From an uncultured Planctomycetaceae bacterium (GTDB taxonomy: Bacteria; Planctomycetota; Phycisphaerae; SM23-33): a stretch of DNA of 64,000 nucleotides. Below, piece by piece: positions 9,041 to 19,180 of this stretch (its first letter is position 1; every line of letters starts with the position of its first letter). The position numbers and the translations under genes were made by a program. Below the pieces are notes generated by a model. The model did not search any database, had not been told where the DNA came from, and saw only the letters and a list, made by a program, of their open reading frames with translations. The stretch spans positions 649 to 64,648 of the forward strand of contig CAZTVF010000010.1 of NCBI GenBank assembly GCA_964616985.1. Direction: 5' to 3'.

Positions 9041-11089
9041 TCACCACGGCAGCGCGTACGAAGGCGGGTTCACGAACCGCTTCTGCGTGATCGTCAGCGT
9101 CACCTGCGAGGCCGCCTGCAGCCGGACGGACAGATACTTGCCGTCCATCTTGATCGTCTTGTTCATCTGCCGGTCGTTCTCTTTCGTCGAGTATCGCACC
9201 TCGATGAACTGGTGCTCGCCGAACGCCCCGGCCTGGATGACGAACTCGCGCGGTTCGGTGAGGTTCACGTTTACAAGCTGCAGCGTGAGCTTGTCCGTGT
9301 CCATCTTCTCCACCAACGCCGCGACATCCTTCGGCAGCCCCGGCCGCTTGGTCGCCGTGTCGAAGTAACGCACGCGGGCCATGTGCAGGCCGCCGTTGTA
9401 GACCGGCTGGGGCGCGCCCATCGTCAGCTGGCAAAGCCCTTCGGTGGTGATGGGGTTGCGGGCCTGGAGATAGTGGTCCGCGTAGGTGTTGGGGTCCTGC
9501 CTGTCCTCGCGCCACCCCTTCCACCGCGCGTACACCTGCGAGATGCTATGCTGCATGATCTTCTCGGGATACGCCGGATACTCCCCCGCCAGGTACGCCG
9601 CCCACGCCGCATCGTGGCCGGACAGGTCCTTGGTGTTCACCGGCAGCACGTTCTCCCAGTCCTTCTTCGAGCCATCGCGGATCTTCTTGATCCGCTCCAT
9701 GTCCTTGGGCTCGCCCGACACCGCCCACAGGGCGACGGCGAAGTCCGGGTTCATCGGCATGAACTCAAACCAGCCATCCTGCTCGTAGGCAGGGCTCTTG
9801 CCCGTGTTGCGTTCGAGCACGATGTTGCCGTCCAGCACCCGCAGCACGTTCAGCCACGGCCAGGGGCTGTAGTGAACCTTGCCGGCGTCGGCGTGCTTGT
9901 GAGGGACGTACAGCGTGCCGTTGAGGTCCATGGCGCGGGAGATCAGCACATCCATCTGCGATCGCGGCAGGTCGAGGTACTTGCGATCGCCCGAGACGAG
10001 CAGACCGCACTGCCCGGCGATCGTCACCGATTGGCCCAGGTTGCCCCACCCGTGCGGCCAGGTCCAGCCGTAGTTGCCGCCGAACCACTTGCCGTCGATG
10101 TACTCGCCCACCTTGCCCGAGAGGCCCACGTTGTCGGGCAGGATGCCGCCGTTGACCTTCGCACGATCCATCCAGGCGTTGACGTACTCGATCACCCAGT
10201 CCTTGTACTTCGCCTCGCCCGTCAGGAGGTAGGCGTTGGCGACCAGCGCGGTGGCTGAGAGGTTGGCGGCGCAGTCGCCCTTGCCGCGGCGGTCGCTGGC
10301 GATGCGGCCCATTCGCTGGGCAGCCTGCGACTTCGAGTTCGCAACATCATCGACCTTCGTGCAGCCTTCGACGTCGTAGAACGGCAGGCCGTAGCCTTCG
10401 ACCGCCCAGATGGGGCCGCCACTGAAGTTCCAGAACGCCGGCCCCTTGCTGCCGTTGTGCGTGCACTTGATGATCTTGAGATTGGGGTCGTAGTTCAGCG
10501 CCTCGGGGTCCTCGTTGAGATAGAAGCCCGCGAACCGCTTCGCCCGCTCGGCCGTCTTCGCGTGGGCGGGGTCGGCGGCGGTGAGGTAATAGAAATAGAC
10601 GTAGCATTCGCCTTGGTGCATCCAGTCGTAGCCGGGCTGGTACTCCTTCACGAGCATCGGGTAGCCCGCGCCGGTGTCGATCTTCGAAAACTGCTCGGTG
10701 ACCGCGTCCCACTCCTTGTGCGCGTACGACAGGTACTTCGCGTCGCCGCCGAGCATGTAATAGAGCGGCCAATTGTGGAAGCTCTCGTACGCGTCGTCGA
10801 CGCCGTCGATGCTGCCCTTCTGCTGCGCCCCCGGCGGCCAAAGGATATAGCCATTGGGCCTGACGTACTTGGCCAGGAAGGGTTCGGCGGATCGGTCCAT
10901 CACGTCGAACAACTGCCGCTGCAGCAGCGCCCAGGCGGGCACGTCGGCCATGATGAGGTTGCCCTCGATGGCGGGCATGCTGGCCGGCGCGGTGGCCGCG
11001 GGCGCGGTGCTGGCCGCCGGCGGTGCTGCGAGGGAAAAGGCCGAGGACAGGACGAGCGTGAGCGCCGCAAGAAACACATACGACTTCAT
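9041..11089 (-). CDS. Secreted hypothetical protein (682 aa), possibly glycan-active
   Basis: Start MKSYVFLAALTLVLSSAFSLAAP with RBS GGGAG. No motif I can assign; Trp/Gly-rich segments (DGKWFGGNYGWTWPHGWGNLGQ). The track ORF begins 45 nt earlier without an RBS. Confidence 0.65.
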   Translation of the reverse strand: MKSYVFLAALTLVLSSAFSLAAPPAASTAPAATAPASMPAIEGNLIMADVPAWALLQRQLFDVMDRSAEPFLAKYVRPNGYILWPPGAQQKGSIDGVDDAYESFHNWPLYYMLGGDAKYLSYAHKEWDAVTEQFSKIDTGAGYPMLVKEYQPGYDWMHQGECYVYFYYLTAADPAHAKTAERAKRFAGFYLNEDPEALNYDPNLKIIKCTHNGSKGPAFWNFSGGPIWAVEGYGLPFYDVEGCTKVDDVANSKSQAAQRMGRIASDRRGKGDCAANLSATALVANAYLLTGEAKYKDWVIEYVNAWMDRAKVNGGILPDNVGLSGKVGEYIDGKWFGGNYGWTWPHGWGNLGQSVTIAGQCGLLVSGDRKYLDLPRSQMDVLISRAMDLNGTLYVPHKHADAGKVHYSPWPWLNVLRVLDGNIVLERNTGKSPAYEQDGWFEFMPMNPDFAVALWAVSGEPKDMERIKKIRDGSKKDWENVLPVNTKDLSGHDAAWAAYLAGEYPAYPEKIMQHSISQVYARWKGWREDRQDPNTYADHYLQARNPITTEGLCQLTMGAPQPVYNGGLHMARVRYFDTATKRPGLPKDVAALVEKMDTDKLTLQLVNVNLTEPREFVIQAGAFGEHQFIEVRYSTKENDRQMNKTIKMDGKYLSVRLQAASQVTLTITQKRFVNPPSYALPW

Positions 11090-11221
11090 TGCAGACTCCC
11101 TATGCGTCGGTGAGCATGGATTCGGGGATGTCATTTCCGATCGTGCCTGGATTATACATCGCCAGCGGGTGAGCGATGGCCATCATCGAGGCCCTGCCGG
11201 TCATGACATGACGGCCGCGAA

Positions 11222-12094
11222 TCATTGCGGCTGCGTGGTCGGTGCGATCGGTTTCATGCCAGCGGTCCAGCGGGCGAGGCGGCGGAAGATCTCCCAGTTG
11301 TCCTGGCCGCGGAGCGTGCCCAGCGGTTCCTGCTCCAGCAGCGCCCACTGCGCAATCCAGCCGCTGTCGCTGGCGAGAACCACGCGACCCTTGCCAACCT
11401 CCGCCACCGCGAGGATCGGCCCGCGCAGGCCGTCGGCGCCCTTTTTGGGCTCGGCCGGCACGTTGGGGTCGTTCCACACCAGCACGCGCGGGTGAGCGAA
11501 GTGAGATTCGTTCACCATCAGCGGCGACCCGTAATAGAACGCCCACGTCAGCCCGCCGACGATGGGGGCATCGGCCGGGATCTGCACCTTCTTCACGCCG
11601 ATCGTGTACTCCGTCACGCCCATGCCGAACTGGTTCAACAGGAAGTTCGCCTGGCGCTTCTCGCAGTTGTGCGCCTCGGACTGATTGGACAGAAAGATCA
11701 ATCCGCCGCCGCCCTGCACGTAGTTGGTCAGCAGGTGGATGTCCTCCTGCGACACGTGCCGCGGCGGGGCGTGGCCTTCGAAGGCCTTGTCGCACGGGTT
11801 GGCGATCAGCACCACCTTCGCCCCGCCCAGGGTCTTCCACGACAGCGGCTGGTCGCTGTAGCGAACCTGGAAATCCTGCGTCAGCCGCTCGAGCACCTCG
11901 CGGAACGGGCCGTTGGGGTCGTACTGCTTCTCGCCCTCGGCCGTGAAGGCGAGGCTGTAGAGCAGCACCGGTTTGGTGGCGGCGGTGGTGGGCGTGCGGG
12001 GGGCCACGGTGTGGAACGCCGGAGGCGGCGGCGCACAGCAGATGGCCGTCAGCAGAAACGCAACGAGAGAGACCGCGAGATAAGGAAGCTTCAT
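11222..12094 (-). CDS. Secreted hypothetical protein (290 aa)
   Basis: Start MKLPYLAVSLVAFLLTAICCAPP with RBS AAGGAG. Segment KVVLIANPCDKAFEGH...GGGGLIFL is vaguely like the class I glutamine-amidotransferase-like/ThuA fold. Unassigned. Confidence 0.6.
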   Translation of the reverse strand: MKLPYLAVSLVAFLLTAICCAPPPPAFHTVAPRTPTTAATKPVLLYSLAFTAEGEKQYDPNGPFREVLERLTQDFQVRYSDQPLSWKTLGGAKVVLIANPCDKAFEGHAPPRHVSQEDIHLLTNYVQGGGGLIFLSNQSEAHNCEKRQANFLLNQFGMGVTEYTIGVKKVQIPADAPIVGGLTWAFYYGSPLMVNESHFAHPRVLVWNDPNVPAEPKKGADGLRGPILAVAEVGKGRVVLASDSGWIAQWALLEQEPLGTLRGQDNWEIFRRLARWTAGMKPIAPTTQPQ

Positions 12095-12146
12095 GATCGA
12101 GACTCCTTGATCTGCCGTGTATGCGGACTGAAACAACGGGGCGGGG

Positions 12147-12872
12147 TCAGTCGAACAACGCCGAACCGATCCGCAGCAGCGTGGCGCCTTCTTCGATGGC
12201 GATGGGGTAGTCCTGGCTCATGCCCATCGAGAGGTGGCGGAATGCGTCGCCGCCGATCTTCTCGTGGCGCATCTCGTCGAAGAGCTCGCGCAGGCGCGCG
12301 AAGGCCGGGCGGGCGTCCTCGGGGTCCTTGACGGCCGGGGCCATCGTCATCAGCCCGACGGCCCGGAGATTTCTCAGCGTCGAAAGCAGTTCGCCCAGAT
12401 GCAGCGCCGCGCCGACGGCCACGCCGAACTTCTGCGATTCGTTGGAGCAATTGACCTGGATCAGCACGTCGATCACCCGCTCCTGCTGCTCGGCGCGGGC
12501 GTTGATCTCCTCGGCCAGCCGCAGCGAATCGATGGAGTGAATGATGCCGGCGACTTCCATGGCGGGCTTGACCTTGTTGCGCTGCAGGTGGCCGACCATG
12601 TGCCAGCGCACCGGGGCCGGGCCCGGCGTGCGGCGGCGCTGGAGATAGCCATCAATCTCGGCCGCCCGCTCGACCATCTGCTGCACGCGGCCTTCGCCGA
12701 GATCCGTCACGCCCAGGTCCATCAGGTGCTTGATGCCTTCGAGCGTGGCCGACTTGGTGATGGCCACCAGCGTCACCTGCTGCGGCTCGCGGCCACAACG
12801 GGCGCATGCGGCGGCAATGTTCTCGCGGACGCGCTGGAGGTTGCCTTCGATCTTTGTCTTCAGACTTGCCAT
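12147..12872 (-). CDS. yggS: YggS-family pyridoxal-phosphate homeostasis protein
   Basis: Start MASLKTKIEGNLQRVRENIAAA..VTLVAITKSATLEGI (Lys for PLP). Alanine-racemase N-terminal-domain pattern, ~240 aa. Confidence 0.85.
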   Translation of the reverse strand: MASLKTKIEGNLQRVRENIAAACARCGREPQQVTLVAITKSATLEGIKHLMDLGVTDLGEGRVQQMVERAAEIDGYLQRRRTPGPAPVRWHMVGHLQRNKVKPAMEVAGIIHSIDSLRLAEEINARAEQQERVIDVLIQVNCSNESQKFGVAVGAALHLGELLSTLRNLRAVGLMTMAPAVKDPEDARPAFARLRELFDEMRHEKIGGDAFRHLSMGMSQDYPIAIEEGATLLRIGSALFD

Positions 12873-12951
12873 TGGCGGCAGAGCATACCAGCGCGAGGGC
12901 ATCGCGGCAAGCGCGGGATTGCATGTGGGCTGAAGAGTGGTCGTACTTGAC

Positions 12952-13021
12952 GGGTGGCGGCCTTCCCAGGCCGCCACCAGAACGCCGATCTGGGGGCGGC
13001 GACCTCGGAAGGCCGCCACCC
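12952..13021. repeat. REP-like composite palindromic element (family A, two units)
   Basis: GGGTGGCGGCC-TTCCCA-GGCCGCCACC, then a 15-nt spacer, then GGGGGCGGCGACC-TCGGAA-GGCCGCCACCC. The same bipartite element recurs at 26459-26524. Confidence 0.6.
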
Positions 13022-13211
13022 ATCGCACCCTCAGACCAAGGTTCGGGCGTGCGCTGGTATGGGGGCTGGCAAAATCGAACAGCGCAAAAAAGCGAGCGAC
13101 TTGGGAGGTTTATCTCGTGCCGAGGTCTTGGTCGTGCGACCCAAAATGAGCGACGCGTGGCGATCGCCGCTTGGGCGATCTCCACGCGTCGAAGGATTTC
13201 GAAGTCACACG

Positions 13212-13994
13212 CTACCGCATGGCGGTGACGTAGGTCATGCAGAACTCATCGCGGCCGGCGACGGCCTCGGCGGCCAGCAGCGTCGCGACGATGTCGGGGA
13301 TGCACGGGTCGATCAGGCCCGTGTCCATGCCGTGATAGATCGCCTGACTGAGCAGGGCGAAGTTCACGTAGCGGCGCTTGGGCAGGCCGAAGCTGATGTT
13401 CGAGCACCCGCCGCCGATGTGGACCTCCGGCCAGCGCGCGTGGATCGCGGCGATGGCATCGATGACCGCCCTGCCGCTGCCGGGGTCGGCAGAGACGGGC
13501 AGGAAGCACGGGTCGACGATGATCTCGTCGATCTTCTTGCCCTGCGACTGGATCTTGCCGATCAGCGTGGCCGCCCGCTCGACACGGTCGTCCACGCCCA
13601 TCGGCGTGCCCTCGTCGCTCATCAGCAGCGCCACGACCATGCAGTCGAACCGGCCCACCAGGGGCAGCAGGCCCTCGAGGCGGTCCTTCTCCAGCGAGAT
13701 GCTGTTGAGGATTGGCTTCTTCTTGGCCATCTTGAGCCCCGTCTCGACCGCGACCGGGTTGGCCGAATCGACCGCGACGGCCGCGTCGGTGTTGGCCTGA
13801 ACAAGGTCCATCAGCCATGCCATGTTGCGGGCTTCCTGGCCTTCGCGATGGTCGCCGCCGTTGACGTCCAGGTAGTGCGCGCCCGCCGCCACCTGCTCCT
13901 TGGCGGTATGGATGATGGCGGCTTCGTCCTTGGCCGCCAGGGCGGCGGCGATGGCCTTGCGGGTGGCGTTGATCTTTTCACCGATAATGATCAT
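13212..13994 (-). CDS. Pterin-binding domain methyltransferase (AcsE/MtrH/MetH-pterin-like)
   Basis: ATG at 13994 (MIIIGEKINATRK...) with RBS AGGAG 7 nt upstream; the track starts at a TTG 6 nt earlier. IIGE+IN.T+K and HYLDVN match the methyl-THF pterin-binding fold. Confidence 0.7.
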   Translation of the reverse strand: MIIIGEKINATRKAIAAALAAKDEAAIIHTAKEQVAAGAHYLDVNGGDHREGQEARNMAWLMDLVQANTDAAVAVDSANPVAVETGLKMAKKKPILNSISLEKDRLEGLLPLVGRFDCMVVALLMSDEGTPMGVDDRVERAATLIGKIQSQGKKIDEIIVDPCFLPVSADPGSGRAVIDAIAAIHARWPEVHIGGGCSNISFGLPKRRYVNFALLSQAIYHGMDTGLIDPCIPDIVATLLAAEAVAGRDEFCMTYVTAMR

Positions 13995-14059
13995 GAACAA
14001 TCTCCTGCTTGGATATCTCTAATGTAGTGTTTCACTGATGCTGATCTATGTCGCTATCG

Positions 14060-14225
14060 CAAACTCGAAGTCCGAAACACGAAATCCGAAACAAACAGCA
14101 AACGGCAAAGCAGCAAGCAAACGAAATCTTGAAAACAGCAAGGTACGCACGGCAAAGACGATCTTTTGGGTCTTGCTGTTTTGAATTTGTTTCGGACTTC
14201 GTATTTCGAGTTTCGGATTTTGACA
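14060..14225. promoter_or_regulatory. AT-rich nested inverted-repeat region; candidate operator array, structured RNA or terminator
   Basis: Inner hairpin CTTGAAAACAGCAAG (14128-14142) pairs with CTTGCTGTTTTGAA (14172-14185) around a 29-nt loop. It is flanked by two copies of the 13-mer CGAARTCCGAAAC on the left (14067-14095) and two inverted copies on the right (14186-14220). Lies between the stop of 14271..15257 and the start of 13212..13994. Confidence 0.4.
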
Positions 14226-14270
14226 CGCCGATAAGCACGCATACTTTCGTGCCACTATACTAACGTGGAT

Positions 14271-15257
14271 TTACGGGGTTTGCTGCGTCCAGTTCGCCAG
14301 GTCCGATTCCGTGAAGATCGCACTGGCGCCGCCCGTCGCCTGCGACAGCTTCTGCATGCCGGCGGCCGCCGATTCGCTGGTGGTCAGGCCGACGGTGAGG
14401 ATGGTCACGTTCTCGGCCTTGGCCCGTTCGACGATCTCGTCCGCATCGGGAATGGCGCTGCGGCGGAAAACGACGATGGTGCGGGGTTTCTTCTCGATCG
14501 CAGTGAGGATGGTTTTCTTGATGTCGGCCGAGCCCTGGGGCGTGATGTCCGCCACGCCGACGATGGCCTCCTCGCCATCCTTGCCGCCGGCGCCCTCGAT
14601 GATCTTGTCCTCGCCCTGTGCCGAGACCATGACCGTGAACTTGTCCGACGGCTTGAGCACGAGCACCGATACGCGGGTCATCTCATAGGCGTAGTTGAAT
14701 ACTTCCTTCATGCTCCCGCCGCTGTCGAGGCAGTAGACGACGGGGGCGGTGAGCTTCATCCCCGCCACGGCTGCGCCGGACGCCGCCGAGGGCGTGCTGA
14801 ACGGATTCACCGGGGGCTTGTCCACCGTGGCAGTCGTCGGTGTGCGAGGAGACTCGCCGGGCCGGACAACGGTCTTCGTGCCATCGGGGCCGGTGATGAC
14901 TTCAGTCTTGGACAACTGCAGGGCCAGGTAAATGGCCCCGCCCACCATCGCCAGCAGCAGGCCCAGCAGCACGATCGTCACCACGCCCTGCAGACGCACC
15001 GGCTTGGCCATCGGCACATCGGCATGCGAGACGATGTCGGCCATCACGGGCGCATTCTCGGCCACGGGCGCGGCCTCATCCATCGGGCTCTCAGGGCGAG
15101 CGGACGGGGCCTCGGGGCGTTTCTTGACGCCCGGGCCGGCACTGCCGCCGACCAGGACGATCTCGCGGCAGTACGGGCAGCGGCACGCGCCGCCGGCGAA
15201 TGCCTCGTCCATCGAAATCTTCTTCTTGCAGCCGGTGCACCGGATCGTGATGGCCAT
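14271..15257 (-). CDS. Zinc-ribbon / single-TM / vWA-like domain protein
   Basis: N-terminal CxxC...CxxC (MAITIRCTGCKKK...CRCPYC), a TM helix VVTIVLLGLLLAMVGGAIYLAL, and C-terminal VVYCLDSGGSM (DxSxS MIDAS-like). Coordinates follow the ORF track; my own position count for the start codon differs by 1 nt. Confidence 0.6.
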   Translation of the reverse strand: MAITIRCTGCKKKISMDEAFAGGACRCPYCREIVLVGGSAGPGVKKRPEAPSARPESPMDEAAPVAENAPVMADIVSHADVPMAKPVRLQGVVTIVLLGLLLAMVGGAIYLALQLSKTEVITGPDGTKTVVRPGESPRTPTTATVDKPPVNPFSTPSAASGAAVAGMKLTAPVVYCLDSGGSMKEVFNYAYEMTRVSVLVLKPSDKFTVMVSAQGEDKIIEGAGGKDGEEAIVGVADITPQGSADIKKTILTAIEKKPRTIVVFRRSAIPDADEIVERAKAENVTILTVGLTTSESAAAGMQKLSQATGGASAIFTESDLANWTQQTP

Positions 15258-15402
15258 TCTTTACCTCGTTAAACAGGAGCCGCCGGTACAACCGGGAAAC
15301 TCGCTGTCTCTTTGCTTTTACCAGATCGATTCGTGTTTTGCCAGAGGCGCACGTGAGGTTCGGAGAGACGTGTGTGTCACGACGGCATCGCCCCAGGCGT
15401 CA

Positions 15403-16059
15403 TTACTCGGGCCACCCCGCGTGGCCGATGAGTTTGACGAAACGGACGTCGGAGATGGTGCGGCGGATGATCTCGCTGCCGCGGCGATGGAGGCACAGGA
15501 GCGCCTGCGAGTCCAGGCCGCCAACCGGCACGACGATGCGGCCGCCGTCGCCCAGCTGGTCGATCCACGGCTGGGGAACGTCCGGCGCTGCCGCACCGCA
15601 GATGATGCGGTCGAACGGCGCCTCCTGGGGCCAGCCCAGCGTGCCGTCGCCGGTGAGGAAGGTGACGTTGTTGACGTTAAGCGAGCCCAGCACCGCCGCC
15701 GCACGCTCGGCCAGCGCTTCGAGCCTCTCGATCGCGTAGACGTGGCGCGACAGCGCCGCCAGGATCGCCGTCTGGTAGCCGCTGCCGGCCCCCACATCCA
15801 GCACGCGCGACGCGGGCTCCACGGCCAGTTCCTGCACCATCAACGCGACCACGTAGGGCTGCGAGATGGTCTGCCCCAGGCCGATGGGCAAAGGCTGATC
15901 TTCGTAGGCGTGTTCGGTCAATTCGGGCGGGCAGAAGCGTTCGCGGGGGACCGTCTCGAAGGCGGCCAGCACGCGGGCGTCCGAGATGCCCCGTGCCTTG
16001 AGTTGCCCGGCGACCATCTGCCGCCGCAATTCAAGGAGTTTTTCTTCAAGCGTACGCAT
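15403..16059 (-). CDS. pcm: Protein-L-isoaspartate O-methyltransferase
   Basis: GQTISQPYVVALM, VLDVGAGSGYQTAILA and GGRIVVPVG are classic PCMT motifs. 218 aa. Confidence 0.9.
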   Translation of the reverse strand: MRTLEEKLLELRRQMVAGQLKARGISDARVLAAFETVPRERFCPPELTEHAYEDQPLPIGLGQTISQPYVVALMVQELAVEPASRVLDVGAGSGYQTAILAALSRHVYAIERLEALAERAAAVLGSLNVNNVTFLTGDGTLGWPQEAPFDRIICGAAAPDVPQPWIDQLGDGGRIVVPVGGLDSQALLCLHRRGSEIIRRTISDVRFVKLIGHAGWPE

Positions 16060-16100
16060 GACTATCTTATTATAGTGGCGTCACCCTTGCAGGGAACCCT

Positions 16101-16916
16101 ATGGCCAAACAACCGATTATCACGCTGCTGACCGACTTTGGCACCCGCGACCCCTACGTCGCGGCGATGAAGGGCGCCATCCTTTCGAAGGCGCCCTACG
16201 CCCAGATCGTGGACATCACCCACGACGTGCCCGCGCACGACATCCTGGCGGCCTCCGTGGCGCTGGCCGAGGCGGCGCCATGCTTCCCCCCAGGCACGCT
16301 GCACGTGGTGGTGGTCGATCCGGGGGTGGGCAGCGACCGGGCGATCCTCGCCGCCCGCTTCGGCGGCCAGGCGTACCTCTTTCCCGACAACGGCGTCATC
16401 ACGACTGTCGCGACGAACCAGCCGCTGGAGCAGATCGTCGTCGTGCAAAACCCCGCCTACGTGCCGCCGGCGGAATCCAACACCTTCCATGGGCGCGACC
16501 TGTTCGCCCCCCTGGCGGCCATGATCGTCAATGGCCTGATGCTCGAACGCCTGGGGCCCATGCCGGGCACGTACAAGATGCTCGACATCCCCGCCCCATT
16601 CATGGACAGCAACGTGCTGGTCGGCCGCGTCATCTACGTCGACAACTTCGGCAACCTGGTCACCAACATCCGCCAGGCTGACCTGCAGCGGCACTGGACC
16701 GCCGACGCCATGCTCGAGATCTTCTGCGTGGGCCAGCGGGTCGGCGTGCTGCAGAGCACCTACTCCAGCGCCCCGCCCGGCATGGCCCTCGCCCTGATCA
16801 ACTCCATGGGCGCACTGGAGGTGGCCGTCAACCAGGGCCGGGCGTCGGACAAGTACAACGCCGGCGTCAACTCCGAGGTCCGCGTGTTGGCCGTGGGCGG
16901 GATCGCGCTGTCCTGA
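16101..16916 (+). CDS. SAM hydroxide adenosyltransferase (DUF62 / fluorinase-chlorinase family)
   Basis: N-terminus IITLLTDFGTRDPYVAAMKGAIL and length 271 aa match DUF62. Confidence 0.85.
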   Translation: MAKQPIITLLTDFGTRDPYVAAMKGAILSKAPYAQIVDITHDVPAHDILAASVALAEAAPCFPPGTLHVVVVDPGVGSDRAILAARFGGQAYLFPDNGVITTVATNQPLEQIVVVQNPAYVPPAESNTFHGRDLFAPLAAMIVNGLMLERLGPMPGTYKMLDIPAPFMDSNVLVGRVIYVDNFGNLVTNIRQADLQRHWTADAMLEIFCVGQRVGVLQSTYSSAPPGMALALINSMGALEVAVNQGRASDKYNAGVNSEVRVLAVGGIALS

Positions 16917-16922
16917 CGCCCC

Positions 16923-18290
16923 ATGGCCGACGCAATGCCAAATCCTCCGCCGCCAGACTGGGGCAAGCTGGACAAGCAGCACGTCTGGCACCCCTTCACG
17001 CCCATGCAGCCATGGCTGGCGAGCGACAACATTGTCATCGAGTCGGGCGAGGGATTCGAGCTTATCGACACGCGAGGCCGGCGGTTCATTGATGGCTTCT
17101 CCAGCCTGTGGTGCAACCTCCACGGCCATCGCGTCAAGGCCATCGACGACGCCATCGGCCGCCAGCTTGGACGCATCGCCCATAGCACGCTGCTGGGCTT
17201 CGCGTCGATCCCCTCGATCGAACTGGCCGAGCGGCTCGTGCGCCTCGCCCCGCCGGGTCTGACGAAGGCCTTCTTCAGCGACAGCGGCGCCACGGCCGTG
17301 GAGGTCGCGCTGAAGATGGCGTACCAGTACTACCAGAACATCGGCTGCCCGCGCAAACGCTTCATCGCGCTGCGCGAGGGCTACCACGGCGACACGATCG
17401 GCTCGGTCAGCGTGGGCGGTGTGGAAACCTTCCACCGCCTGTTCAGGCCGCTGCTGTTCGAGACCACGTTCGTGGATTCGCCCAACCCCTACCACCACCC
17501 CGCGGGCAACGGCGCCAGCGAGGCCGTGCTGGCGGAGATCGAAACCCTCCTCGCCCGCGCCGCCGATGAGTATTGCGCGGTCATCCTCGAGCCGCTCATC
17601 CAGGCCGCCGCCGGCATGTTCACGCACAGCCCGGCCTTTCTCCGCGCGCTGCGAGAGCTGACGCGCCGGCACGGCGTGCTGCTGATCGCCGATGAGGTCG
17701 CGACGGGCTTTTGCCGCACGGGAACGATGTTCGCCTGCGAGCAGGCCGCCATCACGCCCGACCTCATGTGCCTGGGCAAAGGCCTCACGGGCGGTTACCT
17801 GCCGGTGGCGGCGACGCTGGCGACACAGGAAATCTTCGACGCGTTCCTGGGGCCGCGCCACGAGGGCAGGACCTTTTTCCACGGGCACACGTTCACCGGC
17901 AACGCCCTGGGCTGCGCCGCGGCCGTCGCCAGCATCGATCTCATCGCATCAGCGGGCCTGCTGGCCGCCCTGCCGGCCAAGATCGAGTTCATCCGCAGCT
18001 CGCTGGCCCCGCTGGCCGACCACCCGCACGTGGGCGATATCCGCCAGTGCGGCATGATGGTGGGGATCGAACTGATGGCCGACCGCGCCGCCCGGCGGGC
18101 CTTCGACCCGCGACTCCGCATCGGCGAGTCCGTCTGCCGCGCCGCCCTGGAGCGGGGCTTGATCATCCGCCCGCTGGATGACATCGTCGTGCTGATGCCC
18201 GCCCCGGCCATGGACGCCGCCACGCTGGCGCGTATGATGGCCGCCACGCTGGAAACCATTCATGACTACTTCCGCAACGCCGCCGTTTGA
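16923..18290 (+). CDS. bioA: Adenosylmethionine-8-amino-7-oxononanoate aminotransferase
   Basis: DKQHVWHPFTPMQ..., class-III aminotransferase layout, followed directly by bioD. Confidence 0.9.
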   Translation: MADAMPNPPPPDWGKLDKQHVWHPFTPMQPWLASDNIVIESGEGFELIDTRGRRFIDGFSSLWCNLHGHRVKAIDDAIGRQLGRIAHSTLLGFASIPSIELAERLVRLAPPGLTKAFFSDSGATAVEVALKMAYQYYQNIGCPRKRFIALREGYHGDTIGSVSVGGVETFHRLFRPLLFETTFVDSPNPYHHPAGNGASEAVLAEIETLLARAADEYCAVILEPLIQAAAGMFTHSPAFLRALRELTRRHGVLLIADEVATGFCRTGTMFACEQAAITPDLMCLGKGLTGGYLPVAATLATQEIFDAFLGPRHEGRTFFHGHTFTGNALGCAAAVASIDLIASAGLLAALPAKIEFIRSSLAPLADHPHVGDIRQCGMMVGIELMADRAARRAFDPRLRIGESVCRAALERGLIIRPLDDIVVLMPAPAMDAATLARMMAATLETIHDYFRNAAV

Positions 18291-19080
18291 TTTCGATGTC
18301 TCGAAGTGGCCGCCGCTGCCCACGGGCCGCGGGCTCTTCATCACCGGCACCGACACCGAAGTCGGAAAGACGATCGTCGCCGGCGGCATCGCGCAGCATC
18401 TCGCGCGGTCGGGCCGGCGCGTGGAGGTGCTCAAGCCCGTCGCCACCGGCTGCCGCCGCCAGCGCGGCGACCTCGTCAGCGAAGATGCCGAGTTCCTCGC
18501 CGGCAGTGCCGACTCGCGGCAGATGGTCTCGCAGGTCGCCCCCGTCCGCTACGCGACCGCCGCCGCCCCCAACGTGGCCGCCGAACTCGAGCGGCGGCCG
18601 GTGGACCTCGATGCGATCTTCGACGCCTGGCGGCGCCTGGCGACGGACCGGAAGCTCGACGCCGTCATCGTCGAGGGCATCGGCGGGCTGCTGTGCCCCA
18701 TCACCGACGATTTCTGGGTGGTGCACCTCGCCCGGCTGATGCGTCTGCCGGTCGTCATCGTCGCGCGGGCCAGCCTGGGCACGATCAACCACACGCTGCT
18801 GACGCTGCACGCGGCGCGGTCGGCGGGGCTGAACGTCGCGGGCGTCGTCATCAACCGCTACGTCGTCGATGTCAGCGTCAGCGGCAGCAACTCCCCTCTC
18901 CTGGGCGATCTGCAGGCGGCCATGATGAACAACATCACCCAGATCGAGAAGCGAGGCCGCGTGCGAATCCTCGCCACCTGCCCCGACGAGGCGGAAAATT
19001 CCGTGGCCAACGCGTGCATCGGACCCAATACTCAGTTCGCGATTTCGCAGGCCCCATGGGAGAAGATCATCTCCGCGTGA
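18262..19080 (+). CDS. bioD: Dethiobiotin synthetase
   Basis: P-loop LFITGTDTEVGKT and EGIGGLLCPI. The 29-nt overlap with bioA at the ATG at 18262 suggests the true start may be a later non-ATG codon. Confidence 0.85.
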   Translation: MTTSATPPFDFDVSKWPPLPTGRGLFITGTDTEVGKTIVAGGIAQHLARSGRRVEVLKPVATGCRRQRGDLVSEDAEFLAGSADSRQMVSQVAPVRYATAAAPNVAAELERRPVDLDAIFDAWRRLATDRKLDAVIVEGIGGLLCPITDDFWVVHLARLMRLPVVIVARASLGTINHTLLTLHAARSAGLNVAGVVINRYVVDVSVSGSNSPLLGDLQAAMMNNITQIEKRGRVRILATCPDEAENSVANACIGPNTQFAISQAPWEKIISA

Positions 19081-19180
19081 GGCAAAAGACTTCACCACAA
19101 AGGACATAAAGAACACAAAGGGAAGAGACAGAGTTCGTGATCTGTGGCCTTTGTGATTCAAAAAGAAAGAGGACGGAACG

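Noticed and set aside
16062-17888. 608-aa minus-strand ORF
   Set aside because: Antisense to the DUF62 and bioA genes, whose motifs are unambiguous.
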